From Dethiobacter sp. (GTDB lineage: Bacteria > Bacillota > Dethiobacteria > DTU022 > UBA8154), in assembly GCA_020725665.1 (NCBI GenBank), contig DYEO01000037.1, positions 9,558 to 73,557 of the forward strand: a stretch of 64,000 bases of DNA, given 5' to 3'. The position numbers were made by a program, and so were the translations under genes. The notes under the pieces were generated by a model. It searched no databases and was not told where the DNA came from. It saw only the letters and a list, made by a program, of their open reading frames with translations. Position 1 is the stretch's first letter; every line of letters starts with the position of its first letter. This document shows, piece after piece, positions 8,923 through 18,993 of the stretch.

Positions 8923-9645
8923 TTGTTTTCCGTGTATGGTTGGAGAAAACGGATCGGTCTGATTATCCCCTCGCTCAATGTAACCATTGAGCCGGAATTC
9001 AATAGATTGCTTGCCCCCGGCCTTTCTGTCCATGTTACGCGTACTCTCCTGGAGGAGGGAAGTCCGGAAAACCTGGGTAAGATGGCCGACGATTGTGTTG
9101 CCGCAGCAAAACTCCTGGCCACGGCGCATGTCGACATTATTGTCTATGCCTGTACCAGCGGCAGCCTGATTAAAGGGGTTGGCTGGGATCGGGAAATTAT
9201 CCGTAACATCGAAGCGGAAACGGGAATTATCGCCACAACAACGTCCACGGCAGTCATCGAAGCATTCCAGGAATTGGGCGTTAAGAAAGTGGCGGTAGCA
9301 ACGCCTTACATTGATGAGGTTAACCGCATTGAGAAAGAGTTTTTCGAAGGGCATGGGGTGGATGTAGTCAATATTGAGGGCCTGGGTTTTACCAAGGGGG
9401 AGCAGTTGCACGCCATCCCGATTGGTACTGCTTACAGCTTTGGGAAAAAAGTGGATCGGCCTGAAGCGGATTGTGTGTTTATCAGTTGCACCGATTTTCG
9501 AGCTATCGAGGAAATTGATTCCCTGGAGCAGGATCTCGGCAAACCCGTAATGTGCAGTAATACAGCGACATTCTGGTCAACCCTGAAAGAAACAGGAGTA
9601 CGCCACGTCTACCGGCAATATGGTGAAATTCTGCGCCGCTTGTAA
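8923..9645 (+). CDS. Maleate cis-trans isomerase / arylmalonate decarboxylase-like (Asp/Glu racemase superfamily)
   Basis: RIGLIIPSLN, YACTSGS, ATPY, ISCTDF; both catalytic Cys present. Confidence 0.87.
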   Translation: MFSVYGWRKRIGLIIPSLNVTIEPEFNRLLAPGLSVHVTRTLLEEGSPENLGKMADDCVAAAKLLATAHVDIIVYACTSGSLIKGVGWDREIIRNIEAETGIIATTTSTAVIEAFQELGVKKVAVATPYIDEVNRIEKEFFEGHGVDVVNIEGLGFTKGEQLHAIPIGTAYSFGKKVDRPEADCVFISCTDFRAIEEIDSLEQDLGKPVMCSNTATFWSTLKETGVRHVYRQYGEILRRL

Positions 9646-9754
9646 TTATCCTAAAAAAAAGAAGAAAGAGGGTGGAAATGCAGATTATCGGATCCGGTGG
9701 CCGGCATCAAAAGGGTGTTTTAGGGCAAAATCGTACAAAGGGGAGGGTCTGTTA

Positions 9755-10915
9755 ATGAAAATGAAAAGGTTAAAACGAATTTGTTTCCTGTTGATTGCTT
9801 TGTTATTGATGGTTGTTTTGGTTGCTTCCTGTGCGCCGGCCAAGCAAACAGCGGGTGATAAAAAAGAGTCAATCAAAATCGGCGCTATTCTGCCACTTTC
9901 CGGGTGGGGAGCAGATTATGGCGATGAGGCGCAAAAAGGGATTAACCTTGCTGTTGCCGAGTTTAATAATGCCGGTGGGATTAACGGTAAAGAGGTCGTC
10001 GTTCTTTTCGAGGACAGCGCTGCGGATGCGAAGCAGGCTGTATCCGGGGCCAAGAAGTTAATTGAAATCGATAAGGTCAGAGCCATTGTGGGGGTTATGT
10101 TCAGCCATGAGGCGCTGGCGATTGCCCCCATGACGGAACAGAATAAAGTTCCGCTGATCTGCGGTATGGCCAATCATCCCGATATTGCCCTTAGCGGGGA
10201 ATACAATTTCGTGATTAACGAGTCGTCTCCGGGGATGGTTATAAAATTGGTAGACTTTCTTTACGAAAAAAGAGGAATGAAAAAACTTGGTGTTCTCGCT
10301 TTTGACACGGACTACGGCCACTCAGTGGCAAAGACCATGGATGGGAGGCTAAAGGAAATTGGCGGTGAACTGGTAATTACCGAACTGTACCCGCCGGGGA
10401 CAAGCGACTTCAAGTCGCTGCTGCTTAAGGTTAAAAGTGCGGAACCGGATGTTCTTATGCTTGTGGGAAGCCCACCGGACACGATCCAGATTATCAGGCA
10501 GATGTCGGAACTGGGCTTAAAGATACCCGTAGCCGGTTCGGATATGATCAGGGAAAAAGCAATTCTGGATGCTGTTGGAAAGTTGATGGATGGAGTTCTT
10601 TATTATAACCGCGGCCCTGAAACTGCAGAAGGCAAGGAAGCCGCAGCACAATTTCTGGCGAATTACAGCTCCGCCTATGGAGAAGAACCCCGTACTGTTA
10701 CCCCATTTTTGGCATATGAAGGAGCGAAGTTGGCCTTAACTGCCATTGCGGAAGGAGGAGAAACGGGCCCGGAAATGCAGCAGTGGTTGGCGTCTATAAA
10801 AAACTTTATTGGAGCTAATGGGGAGATCACTATGGATGAAAACGGCGCCGCACGCCGTCCCATCGTCATACAGGAAGTTCGTGATGGAAAATTTGATGTC
10901 CGGGTGGAGAAGTAG
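9755..10915 (+). CDS. Branched-chain amino acid-type ABC substrate-binding lipoprotein (LivK-like)
   Basis: Lipobox LVASC, IKIGAILPLSG, GGING; start at ATG 9755 after GGGAGG. Confidence 0.88.
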   Translation: MKMKRLKRICFLLIALLLMVVLVASCAPAKQTAGDKKESIKIGAILPLSGWGADYGDEAQKGINLAVAEFNNAGGINGKEVVVLFEDSAADAKQAVSGAKKLIEIDKVRAIVGVMFSHEALAIAPMTEQNKVPLICGMANHPDIALSGEYNFVINESSPGMVIKLVDFLYEKRGMKKLGVLAFDTDYGHSVAKTMDGRLKEIGGELVITELYPPGTSDFKSLLLKVKSAEPDVLMLVGSPPDTIQIIRQMSELGLKIPVAGSDMIREKAILDAVGKLMDGVLYYNRGPETAEGKEAAAQFLANYSSAYGEEPRTVTPFLAYEGAKLALTAIAEGGETGPEMQQWLASIKNFIGANGEITMDENGAARRPIVIQEVRDGKFDVRVEK

Positions 10916-10958
10916 TAAACAGCGGTAGTAAACAGGATTATTTTGGAGGAGGCCTGTC

Positions 10959-11825
10959 ATGATTGGTCAAATGATCGTGAACGGTTTAATTACCGGAAGT
11001 ATATTTGTGATGATGGCAATAGGATTCAGTATTATGTACAACGCCATGCGTTTTTTTAACCTGGCTCACGGAGCGATCTTTCTCTCTGGAGCTTATTGTT
11101 CCTTTATCATGCACAATACTTTCGGTGTAGGATTGATAGGGGCTCTGCTGCTCGGAACTGTTGTGGCTGCGGTTATTCATATTGCCGTTGCCAAAGTTGT
11201 TTACTTTCCCATGCGCCTGCGCGGAGCAGGTCACTGGATTGTAGCCATTGCTTCCATGGGGATAGCTTTTATATTTGAAGCAGTTGTCGGGCTCTTTATC
11301 GGCACCCGGCCGTTAAGTATGCAAAAAAATTATCTGCCAAGCATGTTCCAATTCCAGGGAATCTATATCAGTTCCGTAGAGATTGCCATCGTCCTGACTT
11401 CGTTTATCGTGATCGGCCTCCTCGCCCTCTTTTTGAACAGGGCCAAGTTTGGCAAAGCCATGCGGGCTACCGTATGTGACCGGGATATGGCTCAGGTGTT
11501 GGGCATAAACGCCAGTAGCATTGACCTGTTGGTTTATTCTATTGGAACGTTTATGGCAGCGGGTGCCGGAGCACTGATGAGCCTACAGGTACAGTTGACG
11601 CATACCATGGGTCATTCCGCCCTGTTTAAAAGCATTGTCGTGTCTATTCTTGGGATCAGCGGGGGGTTTGTGGGTACATTGATGGGTGGGCTTTTCCTGG
11701 GTTTTGTTGAAAATTGTGTGGTTTACTTTTTAAATATTGGCTGGCGGGACGGCATCAGCCTGCTCATATTAATTGTTTATATTTTACTCACGCAGATTAA
11801 AAAAAGAGAACGGGAAATCTGTTAA
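10959..11825 (+). CDS. Liv-type ABC permease (LivH-like)
   Basis: NLAHG and KFGKAMRA motifs; hydrophobic. Confidence 0.88.
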   Translation: MIGQMIVNGLITGSIFVMMAIGFSIMYNAMRFFNLAHGAIFLSGAYCSFIMHNTFGVGLIGALLLGTVVAAVIHIAVAKVVYFPMRLRGAGHWIVAIASMGIAFIFEAVVGLFIGTRPLSMQKNYLPSMFQFQGIYISSVEIAIVLTSFIVIGLLALFLNRAKFGKAMRATVCDRDMAQVLGINASSIDLLVYSIGTFMAAGAGALMSLQVQLTHTMGHSALFKSIVVSILGISGGFVGTLMGGLFLGFVENCVVYFLNIGWRDGISLLILIVYILLTQIKKREREIC

Positions 11826-11844
11826 CAAAAAGGGGTGCCCGGTT

Positions 11845-12756
11845 GTGTATGAATTTATTCTGCATCTGCTCATCTTTACGGGTATATTTATTATCCTGGC
11901 AGCGAGTTGTGACCTGATCCTGGGATACGCCGGTATGTATCAAATGGGGCACGGCGCTTTTTATGCCATCGGGGCTTACAGCGCCGCACTTATTGCCTTG
12001 CACTGGCACTGGCCTTTTTACCTTGAATTTTTAGCGAGCGGCTTATTTGCCGGTATCGTGGGGGCGCTTTTTGCTGCTTCGATGGTCCGGGCCAACGCCG
12101 ATTATTTTTCCCTGGCCACCTTTGGACTGGCCGTGGTAACCTTTACGGTGTTGATGACCTGGGACAGTGTTACACGGGGTCCCCTGGGAATTACGGGAAT
12201 ACCCGGCATAAATATCTTCGGCCTGAGCATTGTTACAGGTTTGAAATTTTTAATCTTGACGGCGCTTATCACCGCAGCCACCATTTACCTTTTATATCTT
12301 TTAGTCCATTCCCCTTTTGGCCGTGCCCTAAAGGCAATGCGCGAAGATGAAATTGCTACCCTTGCCTCCGGCAGAAACACGCCCATGATGAAAGTAGTCG
12401 CTTACGGGATTGGTACAATGTTCGCCGGTTTTGCCGGTAACCTCTATGCCCACTATATTTCGTTTATCGATCCCACCACATTTTCCATTAATATTTCCAT
12501 TCTGGTACTTTGCATGGTTGTTATTGGTGGAATGGGCACTCTAAAAGGTCCGGTTATCGGGGCGTTTCTCTTGTTTATTATCCCGGAGTTGTTGCGTTTT
12601 CTTGGCCTCCCTGCAACGACAGGGGGCTTAATCAGGCAGTTGATTTACGGCGTCGTGTTGGTTGTGATGCAGGCGTGGAACCCGCGCGGGCTGATGGGCA
12701 TTAAGCTGCCCTTATCCTTTACAAAAATACGGCCAGGGCACAAGGAGATAGCTTAA
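11845..12756 (+). CDS. Liv-type ABC permease (LivM-like)
   Basis: GYAG...GHGAFYAIGAY, SPFGRALKAMREDE; start approximate. Confidence 0.88.
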   Translation: MYEFILHLLIFTGIFIILAASCDLILGYAGMYQMGHGAFYAIGAYSAALIALHWHWPFYLEFLASGLFAGIVGALFAASMVRANADYFSLATFGLAVVTFTVLMTWDSVTRGPLGITGIPGINIFGLSIVTGLKFLILTALITAATIYLLYLLVHSPFGRALKAMREDEIATLASGRNTPMMKVVAYGIGTMFAGFAGNLYAHYISFIDPTTFSINISILVLCMVVIGGMGTLKGPVIGAFLLFIIPELLRFLGLPATTGGLIRQLIYGVVLVVMQAWNPRGLMGIKLPLSFTKIRPGHKEIA

Positions 12757-13526
12757 TGAAAAATCAGATGATCATGAAAATTGAAGGAATCAGCAAAAAT
12801 TTTGGAGGACTAAAAGCTCTGCATGATGTTTCGCTGGAAATTGAAAACAACAGAGTGGTTTCGCTTATTGGACCAAACGGAGCCGGTAAGAGTACTCTGT
12901 TTAATACATTGACCGGTTACATCAGGGCCTCGGCAGGACGGGTTTTTTTTAAGGGAGAGGATATATCCGGTGCGCCGCCCAATATCATTGCGGCAAAAGG
13001 TGTAGCCCGCAGTTTCCAGATCACGAGGGTGTTTCCTGCTTTAACCGTCCTGGAAAATGCCGTGCTGGGATGCTATCCCCAGGCAGGGGAAAACCCGTTC
13101 GTGGCAACCCTTTTGCGGAAACGTTGGCAAAAGGAAGAAAAGGAGAACTCTCGCAAAGCGATGGCCAACTTGGAAGTTGTTGGTCTCGCCCAGCACCGGG
13201 ATCAGCTTGCCGAATCATTGGGTTATGCCCAGCGAAAATTGCTGGAGATTGCCCGTGTACTCACTACCGATGCCGACCTGATTCTCCTGGACGAACCCTT
13301 TTCCGGAATATTTGGGGATACAGCGCGGCAGATGATGAATGTTATTACCAGTTTGCCTGCTCGCGGTAAAACGGTCTGTCTGATTGAACACAATATGGAT
13401 ATCGTGATGGAAATTTCTGAATGGATTTATGTGTTCAATTTTGGTGAATTGATTGCCAGTGGGAAGCCAAAAGATATTCGCACTAATGAAAGGGTCATAG
13501 AAGCCTATCTGGGGAAACCCGCTTAG
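12756..13526 (+). CDS. Liv-type ABC ATPase (LivG-like)
   Basis: GPNGAGKST, ARSFQ, LLDEP, IEHNM, EAYLG. Confidence 0.92.
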   Translation: MKNQMIMKIEGISKNFGGLKALHDVSLEIENNRVVSLIGPNGAGKSTLFNTLTGYIRASAGRVFFKGEDISGAPPNIIAAKGVARSFQITRVFPALTVLENAVLGCYPQAGENPFVATLLRKRWQKEEKENSRKAMANLEVVGLAQHRDQLAESLGYAQRKLLEIARVLTTDADLILLDEPFSGIFGDTARQMMNVITSLPARGKTVCLIEHNMDIVMEISEWIYVFNFGELIASGKPKDIRTNERVIEAYLGKPA

Positions 13527-13543
13527 GAAGGTGGTCGATTATA

Positions 13544-14257
13544 TTGCTGGCTTTACAAATGAGTCAGGTAGAAACAGGTTATGGCAAAATTTCTGTTTTC
13601 CAAAACGTCAACCTGAAGGTGCACAAGGCGGAAATCGTTACCGTAGTGGGACCCAACGGTGCGGGGAAGACGACCCTTTTGAAAGCGATTTGCGGGTTGC
13701 TTCCCCTCTGGCACGGGGAGATTTATCTCTGGGCAGAAAAGGTGAATGATAAGCCTGCACACAAACGTGCTACGCATGGTGTTACGCTGGTTCCGGAAGG
13801 CGCCCGGGTATTCGGCGATCTTACTGTGGCTGAAAATCTTGAAATGGGGGCATTTATCCGGAATGATAGTGCGGAAGTGCAGAGAGACCTGGAGATGGTT
13901 TTGGGCTTGTTTCCGGTGCTGAAGGAACGGTTTAAATATAAAGCCAGGCAACTGAGCGGTGGCCAACGGCAGATGCTGGCCATCGGCAGGGGCTTAATGT
14001 CAAAGGCCGGTTTAATCCTGCTTGACGAGCCTTCCCTGGGGTTATCGCCAATACTGGTGGAAGAGGTCTACGAAAAGCTAATGGCGATCCGAAGTATGGG
14101 AACCACAATTCTACTGGTTGAGCAAGCAGTGAAGAAAGCTTTTGAAGTGGCAGACAGGGGTTATGTCATGGCCCATGGCAAAATAATGGCAGAGGGTACC
14201 GTCGAAAAATTGGCTAAAGAAGAGCAATTATTACAAGCTTATTTCGGCGCCATCTAG
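13544..14257 (+). CDS. Liv-type ABC ATPase (LivF-like)
   Basis: GPNGAGKTT, VPEGAR, LSGGQRQM, LLDEPSLGL. Confidence 0.92.
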   Translation: MLALQMSQVETGYGKISVFQNVNLKVHKAEIVTVVGPNGAGKTTLLKAICGLLPLWHGEIYLWAEKVNDKPAHKRATHGVTLVPEGARVFGDLTVAENLEMGAFIRNDSAEVQRDLEMVLGLFPVLKERFKYKARQLSGGQRQMLAIGRGLMSKAGLILLDEPSLGLSPILVEEVYEKLMAIRSMGTTILLVEQAVKKAFEVADRGYVMAHGKIMAEGTVEKLAKEEQLLQAYFGAI

Positions 14258-14277
14258 CTTGGACAGGAGAAAGGGCT

Positions 14278-14592
14278 ATGCGAGTTATACAACATCCTAT
14301 TCTCCACTTTCAGCGGGGAAGGGAGATCAAATTTACTTTTAACGGCCGGGAGTTGACGGGGTATGAAGGAGAAACTATTGCAGCCGCCCTACATGCATCC
14401 GGGGTGAGGGCCTTGGGCCACAGTCCCAGGCTGAACCGGCCAAGAGGCTTTTTTTGCGCCACTGGCAATTGCTCTTCCTGCTTGATGAAGGTGAACGGAA
14501 TCGCCAATGTGCGGGTTTGTATCACTCCTTTGCAGGAGGGTGCTGTAGTTGAGGTGCAAAAGGGAAAGGGTGATATTCTTGCAACAGACTGA
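14278..14592 (+). CDS. 2Fe-2S subunit of sarcosine oxidase/proline dehydrogenase/opine oxidase-like complex (HcnA-like)
   Basis: GETIAAAL, RPRGFFCATGNCSSC...RVC. Confidence 0.85.
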   Translation: MRVIQHPILHFQRGREIKFTFNGRELTGYEGETIAAALHASGVRALGHSPRLNRPRGFFCATGNCSSCLMKVNGIANVRVCITPLQEGAVVEVQKGKGDILATD

Positions 14593-15712
14593 GATCGCCG
14601 TGGTTGGCGGTGGCCCGGCCGGTCTGGCTGCAGCTCTGGAAGCGGTGAAAATGGGTTGCCAGGTGACCCTTATAGATCGCCATGCTTTTTTGGGCGGCCA
14701 GTTGGTCAAACAGACCCACAAGTTTTTTGGTTCCAGCAAACAGTATGCCGGCATACGGGGCATTGATATTGCAAAAAGACTTGCAGGCGACCTTGACAGT
14801 GGGCCGGGGAAGGTTTCGCTTGAGCTTAATACGACTGTATTGGGTTATTATGATGACGGCGTTCTGCTCGTAGAGAAAGATGAACGGGTCAGCCCGCTCT
14901 TTCCCGAACGCATTATTGTGGCAACGGGGGCTATGGAAAAGATGCTGCTTTTCCGTAATAATGATCTGCCTGGCGTTTACGGGGCGGGAGCTGTGCAGAC
15001 CTTAATGAACCTGTATGGGGTAGTGCCCGGTTGCAGGGTCTTGATGATCGGGGCCGGGAATATCGGCCTCATTGTAAGCTATCAACTGCTGCAGGCCGGT
15101 GTGGAGGTGGCGGCCATCGTTGAAGGAGATACCCGTATCGGTGGATATCTGGTCCATGCTGCCAAGGTTCAACGGTCCGGAATCCCCATCTATACTTCCC
15201 ATACGATATTGGAGGCTACCGGTGAAAATTGCGTGGAAGGTGCTGTAATCTGCCAGGTCGATGAAAAATGGCAACCGCTGGCAGGTACGGAAAGGGAAAT
15301 TGCCGTGGATGTTATTTGCCTGGCGGTAGGGCTTACTCCGCTTACAGAACTGCTCCGGCAGGCGGGCTGTGAGATGTATTATGTCCCTGAACTGGGTGGT
15401 TATGTGCCTTTGCGGGATGAAAATATGCAAACTACCCTTCCCCATATTTTTGTTGCCGGTGATGCAGCCGGAGTGGAGGAAGCAAGTATTGCCATGGTCG
15501 AAGGGAAGATCGCGGGTATATCCGCTGCCGGCAGTCTGCGAAGCTGTACCAAAATAGATGGCTTGCTTGAGGCCTGCCGGCAAGAATTGCATGAACTGCG
15601 TGCAGGTGATACGGGAGATAAAAGCAGGAGGGGTCTGGAGAAATTAAGAAAAACAATGGAGAAGAGAAAATATGCTGAAAAAGACGAAAGTACCGGCCTT
15701 TTACGAGCATAA
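14579..15712 (+). CDS. NAD(P)/FAD oxidoreductase, alpha-like subunit of the same complex
   Basis: GGGPAG, GGQLVKQTHKFFG, ATGA, GAGNIG, AGD; start approximate. Confidence 0.85.
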   Translation: MQQTEIAVVGGGPAGLAAALEAVKMGCQVTLIDRHAFLGGQLVKQTHKFFGSSKQYAGIRGIDIAKRLAGDLDSGPGKVSLELNTTVLGYYDDGVLLVEKDERVSPLFPERIIVATGAMEKMLLFRNNDLPGVYGAGAVQTLMNLYGVVPGCRVLMIGAGNIGLIVSYQLLQAGVEVAAIVEGDTRIGGYLVHAAKVQRSGIPIYTSHTILEATGENCVEGAVICQVDEKWQPLAGTEREIAVDVICLAVGLTPLTELLRQAGCEMYYVPELGGYVPLRDENMQTTLPHIFVAGDAAGVEEASIAMVEGKIAGISAAGSLRSCTKIDGLLEACRQELHELRAGDTGDKSRRGLEKLRKTMEKRKYAEKDESTGLLRA

Positions 15713-16202
15713 AAACGGTCTCCCGCATGCAGAGAGGATGCTGCAAGGGCCGTTTGCGTTAATCGAATGTTATCAAAGAATTCCCTGTGATCCCTGCCAG
15801 TACGCTTGTCCCCGGGAAGCGATTAAAACGTTTCAGGATATTAACGACTTGCCGGAGATCGATTATGACAGGTGTAATGGATGCGGTCGCTGCCTGAGCA
15901 AGTGCCCCGGACTGGCTATTGTGATCATTGATTCTACATTTAGCCTGCAGGAAGGGCTTGTCAAGATTCCTTTTGAATTTCTCCCTTTACCGGTTGCGGG
16001 AGATGTGGTCGAGGCCCTCAACCGGGAAGGACGAGTGGTGTGCAGGGCCAGGGTATTAAAGGTCGAGAATGCCCAGTGGCAGGATAGAACGCCGGTGATC
16101 TGGTTAACCGTTCCGAAAGAGCATGTGTTGGATGTGCGCAACCTGCGTTTAATACAGGGGGATGAAAGAGATGGAGGAAGATACAATTGTCTGCCGCTGT
16201 GA
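15672..16202 (+). CDS. 4Fe-4S ferredoxin subunit of the same complex
   Basis: CYQRIPCDPCQYACP and CNGCGRCLSKCP. Confidence 0.85.
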   Translation: MLKKTKVPAFYEHKNGLPHAERMLQGPFALIECYQRIPCDPCQYACPREAIKTFQDINDLPEIDYDRCNGCGRCLSKCPGLAIVIIDSTFSLQEGLVKIPFEFLPLPVAGDVVEALNREGRVVCRARVLKVENAQWQDRTPVIWLTVPKEHVLDVRNLRLIQGDERDGGRYNCLPL

Positions 16203-16446
16203 AGACCTGACCCTCGCTGACATCCGGTCGGTATTGCAGCGTGGTTATACGTCGTTGGAAGAGATCAAAAGAATTACACGTTGCTGTATGGGGCCCTGCC
16301 AGGGCCGGACGTGCCGGGATCTGGTTGTAAAGGAAATTGCCCGTAGCAGTGGGAAAAAAATTGAGGATATTGGCCTGACGGTTTTCCGGCCTCCGGTCAA
16401 GCCAATCAAAATAAAATGCCTGCTGGGAGTATGGGAGCATGAATGA
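16171..16446 (+). CDS. BFD-like 2Fe-2S subunit of the same complex
   Basis: VCRCED...MGPCQGRTC, RPP. Confidence 0.85.
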   Translation: MEEDTIVCRCEDLTLADIRSVLQRGYTSLEEIKRITRCCMGPCQGRTCRDLVVKEIARSSGKKIEDIGLTVFRPPVKPIKIKCLLGVWEHE

Positions 16447-17596
16447 GCTTGTTGATGCCGTAATCATTGGAGGCGGGATTCACGGGTGTGCTATTGCCTG
16501 TTCCCTGGCACAAAAAAGCCGGCAAAAAATTCTGCTTTTAGAAAAAAAATACCTTGCTGCCGGGGCAACAGGCCGTTGTGCTGCCGGGATTCGCCAACAG
16601 TTTGGCACGGAAATAAACATTCGCCTGGCAACGGCCAGCATAAAAAAATTTGAACAGCTGCAGGATGAACTGGATTATCACCGGAACGTTGGTTTGTTGC
16701 AGCATGGGTATCTCATGCTGGCCTATTCTCAGTCCGAATTAAAACAGTATCAGGAAAATGCACTCCTCCAGAAACAAATCGACGCTAACAACCAAACCTC
16801 GCTGCTGGGTGTTGATGAAATAAGTGAGATGGTTCCCCAACTCAACCTCAAAGGAGTTGTTGGCGCTTCCTACAATCCCAAGGATGGCCACGTCGATCCC
16901 TTTCTGGCTACGGATGCTTATGCCACTGCAGCCCGTAGAAGGGGAGTGGAGATTCGCACGGATACCGAGGTTACGGACATTTTGCTGCAGGGCGAAAGGG
17001 TATGTGGTGTGGTTACACATAAGGGAGAAATTATCCATACACCTGTGGTTGTTAACGCCGCGGGGGCGTTCGGCAGTATCCTGGGAAAGAAGGTGGGGAT
17101 TGACCTGCCCCTTTATCCGGAACGTCACCAGTTGCTGGTAAGCGAGCCCCTGGAAATGTTTCTGGGTCCTACAATTATTTCTTTTTTTCACGGTGCCTGT
17201 TTCAAACAAACTCCCCAGGGCAGTCTTATCCTGGGCGTGGGAGACCCGCAGCACGAAATAAAGGCATTAAATGAACGGTCAAGCTGGCAGTTTTTGGGCG
17301 ATGTGGCACGTAAGCTGACCTACCATATGCCTTTGCTGGAAAATATCAGTGTTATCCGGCAGTGGGCCGGATTGTATGATATGACTCCCGATGCACAGGG
17401 GATAGTGGGAGAAACGGGAATAGAAGGCTTTTACCTGGATTTGGGCTGGAGCGGCCATGGGTTCCAACTGGCTCCGGCAATCGGCCAGATTATGGCGGAG
17501 ATTATTTGTGGGGAAAAACCGTTTATCGATGTGCGTGTTTTATCACTGGAACGCTTTGCGCGGGGCGAACTGATCCCGGAGCCATACTGTGTGTAA
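16439..17596 (+). CDS. FAD-dependent amine oxidase (DAO/DadA, sarcosine oxidase beta-like) catalytic subunit
   Basis: GGGIHG, GATGRCAAGIRQQF, WAGLYDMTPD, GWSGHGF. Confidence 0.88.
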   Translation: MNELVDAVIIGGGIHGCAIACSLAQKSRQKILLLEKKYLAAGATGRCAAGIRQQFGTEINIRLATASIKKFEQLQDELDYHRNVGLLQHGYLMLAYSQSELKQYQENALLQKQIDANNQTSLLGVDEISEMVPQLNLKGVVGASYNPKDGHVDPFLATDAYATAARRRGVEIRTDTEVTDILLQGERVCGVVTHKGEIIHTPVVVNAAGAFGSILGKKVGIDLPLYPERHQLLVSEPLEMFLGPTIISFFHGACFKQTPQGSLILGVGDPQHEIKALNERSSWQFLGDVARKLTYHMPLLENISVIRQWAGLYDMTPDAQGIVGETGIEGFYLDLGWSGHGFQLAPAIGQIMAEIICGEKPFIDVRVLSLERFARGELIPEPYCV

Positions 17597-17621
17597 TATG
17601 AACATCATGGGAGTGAGAAAT

Positions 17622-18479
17622 ATGCATTGGGAAGCCTATCATTGTGTGGAGAGTATTGAGGAAGCGCTGCAATTACTGGATGAATATGCAGGTGCATCAC
17701 GTGTGATTGCCGGGGGAACCGACCTGGTTATTCAGTTGAAGAATCACCAGCGGAGGGTTAAGGCGTTAGTATCTCTGTCTTCAATAAAGGCTTTAAGGTA
17801 CATTGAACAGGATGGTGAAACAATCAGGATAGGAGCTTTAAGTACGCACAATGAATTGGCGAAATCAGATCTGCTCATGGAAAAGGCAAAAGCCCTTTCC
17901 CTTGCTGCGCGCGCGGTAGGCTCACCGCAAATTCGTAATATTGGAACCGTAGGCGGTAATATTGTTAACGCCCAACCAGCGGCTGATACAGCTATAGCTT
18001 TGCTGGCCCTGGGAGCAAAAGCGAAAATAGTTTCTTCTACCGGAGAAAGAGTGGAAGTTCTGGAAAATCTTTTTAAAGGTATTGGGGAATCATCAGTTAA
18101 TCCGGCTAAAGAGATTGTAACAGAGTTTATTTTTCCTGCATTTTTTAGAAGTGCGTTCCAAAGGTTAGCACTCAGGAAAGCTTTTACTCTGCCAATTATT
18201 AATGTTGCAGTGGCTTTACTGATTGATCAAAAAAACATTTGCCGGGAAGCGAGGATTGCCATTGGTCCTGTATCTACTGTTCCATTCAGGGCAAAAAAAG
18301 CGGAAGCGATATTAAATAATGAAATAATATCGGAGAAAAAATTGGTTTTGGCTGCTGCAGAAGCAATGCGTGAAATTAATCCCCGGGATAGTTTGCTACG
18401 GGGTAGTGCGATGTATAGACGTGCAATGGTAAAGGTGCTTTTAGAACGTGCTTTACGTGATGCGGTTGTGGTTAAATAA
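17622..18479 (+). CDS. Xanthine dehydrogenase-family FAD subunit
   Basis: IAGGTD, SPQIRNIGTVGGN, AAD. Confidence 0.9.
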   Translation: MHWEAYHCVESIEEALQLLDEYAGASRVIAGGTDLVIQLKNHQRRVKALVSLSSIKALRYIEQDGETIRIGALSTHNELAKSDLLMEKAKALSLAARAVGSPQIRNIGTVGGNIVNAQPAADTAIALLALGAKAKIVSSTGERVEVLENLFKGIGESSVNPAKEIVTEFIFPAFFRSAFQRLALRKAFTLPIINVAVALLIDQKNICREARIAIGPVSTVPFRAKKAEAILNNEIISEKKLVLAAAEAMREINPRDSLLRGSAMYRRAMVKVLLERALRDAVVVK

Positions 18480-18510
18480 ACAAAAGATTTAAATAAAGGA
18501 GTCAACATTT

Positions 18511-18975
18511 ATGGAAAAACTGGAATTAACAGTTAATGGTTATCATTACCAGGTACAGGTTGAGCCTGATGAAACGCTTTTGGATATGCTCAGGGAGCAG
18601 CTTAAGCTGACCGGGACAAAGAGTGGTTGTAATAAGGGGGAATGTGGTGCCTGTACTGTAATTATGAATGGCATGGCTGTCAATTCCTGTCTCGTTCCGG
18701 CTTTGCAAGCCCGGCATGCCGAGATACTGACGATAGAAGGATTGAGCAAAGGAGAGGAGTTGCACCCCATTCAAGAGGCCTTCCTTGCATCCGGAGCCGT
18801 TCAGTGCGGATACTGTACCCCTGGCATGATCCTGTCAGTTAAAGCCTTGTTGGACAATAACCCCAAGCCCACAGTAGCGGAAATTCAGGAAGGAATTTCC
18901 GGCAATCTGTGCCGCTGTACCGGTTATGAGCAAATAGTGCAAGCTGTACAGTCATTGGCTGGTAAAAAGGTTTAA
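18511..18975 (+). CDS. Xanthine dehydrogenase-family 2x(2Fe-2S) subunit
   Basis: GCNKGECGAC, QCGYCTPG, NLCRCTGY. Confidence 0.93.
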   Translation: MEKLELTVNGYHYQVQVEPDETLLDMLREQLKLTGTKSGCNKGECGACTVIMNGMAVNSCLVPALQARHAEILTIEGLSKGEELHPIQEAFLASGAVQCGYCTPGMILSVKALLDNNPKPTVAEIQEGISGNLCRCTGYEQIVQAVQSLAGKKV

Positions 18976-18993
18976 TTTAAGGGGGTGATCCTG

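Noticed and set aside
9620-9754. N-terminal extensions given by the ORF track (also at 1657, 32270, 36946, 39580, 59134)
   Set aside because: Downstream starts have better RBS support and match family N-termini
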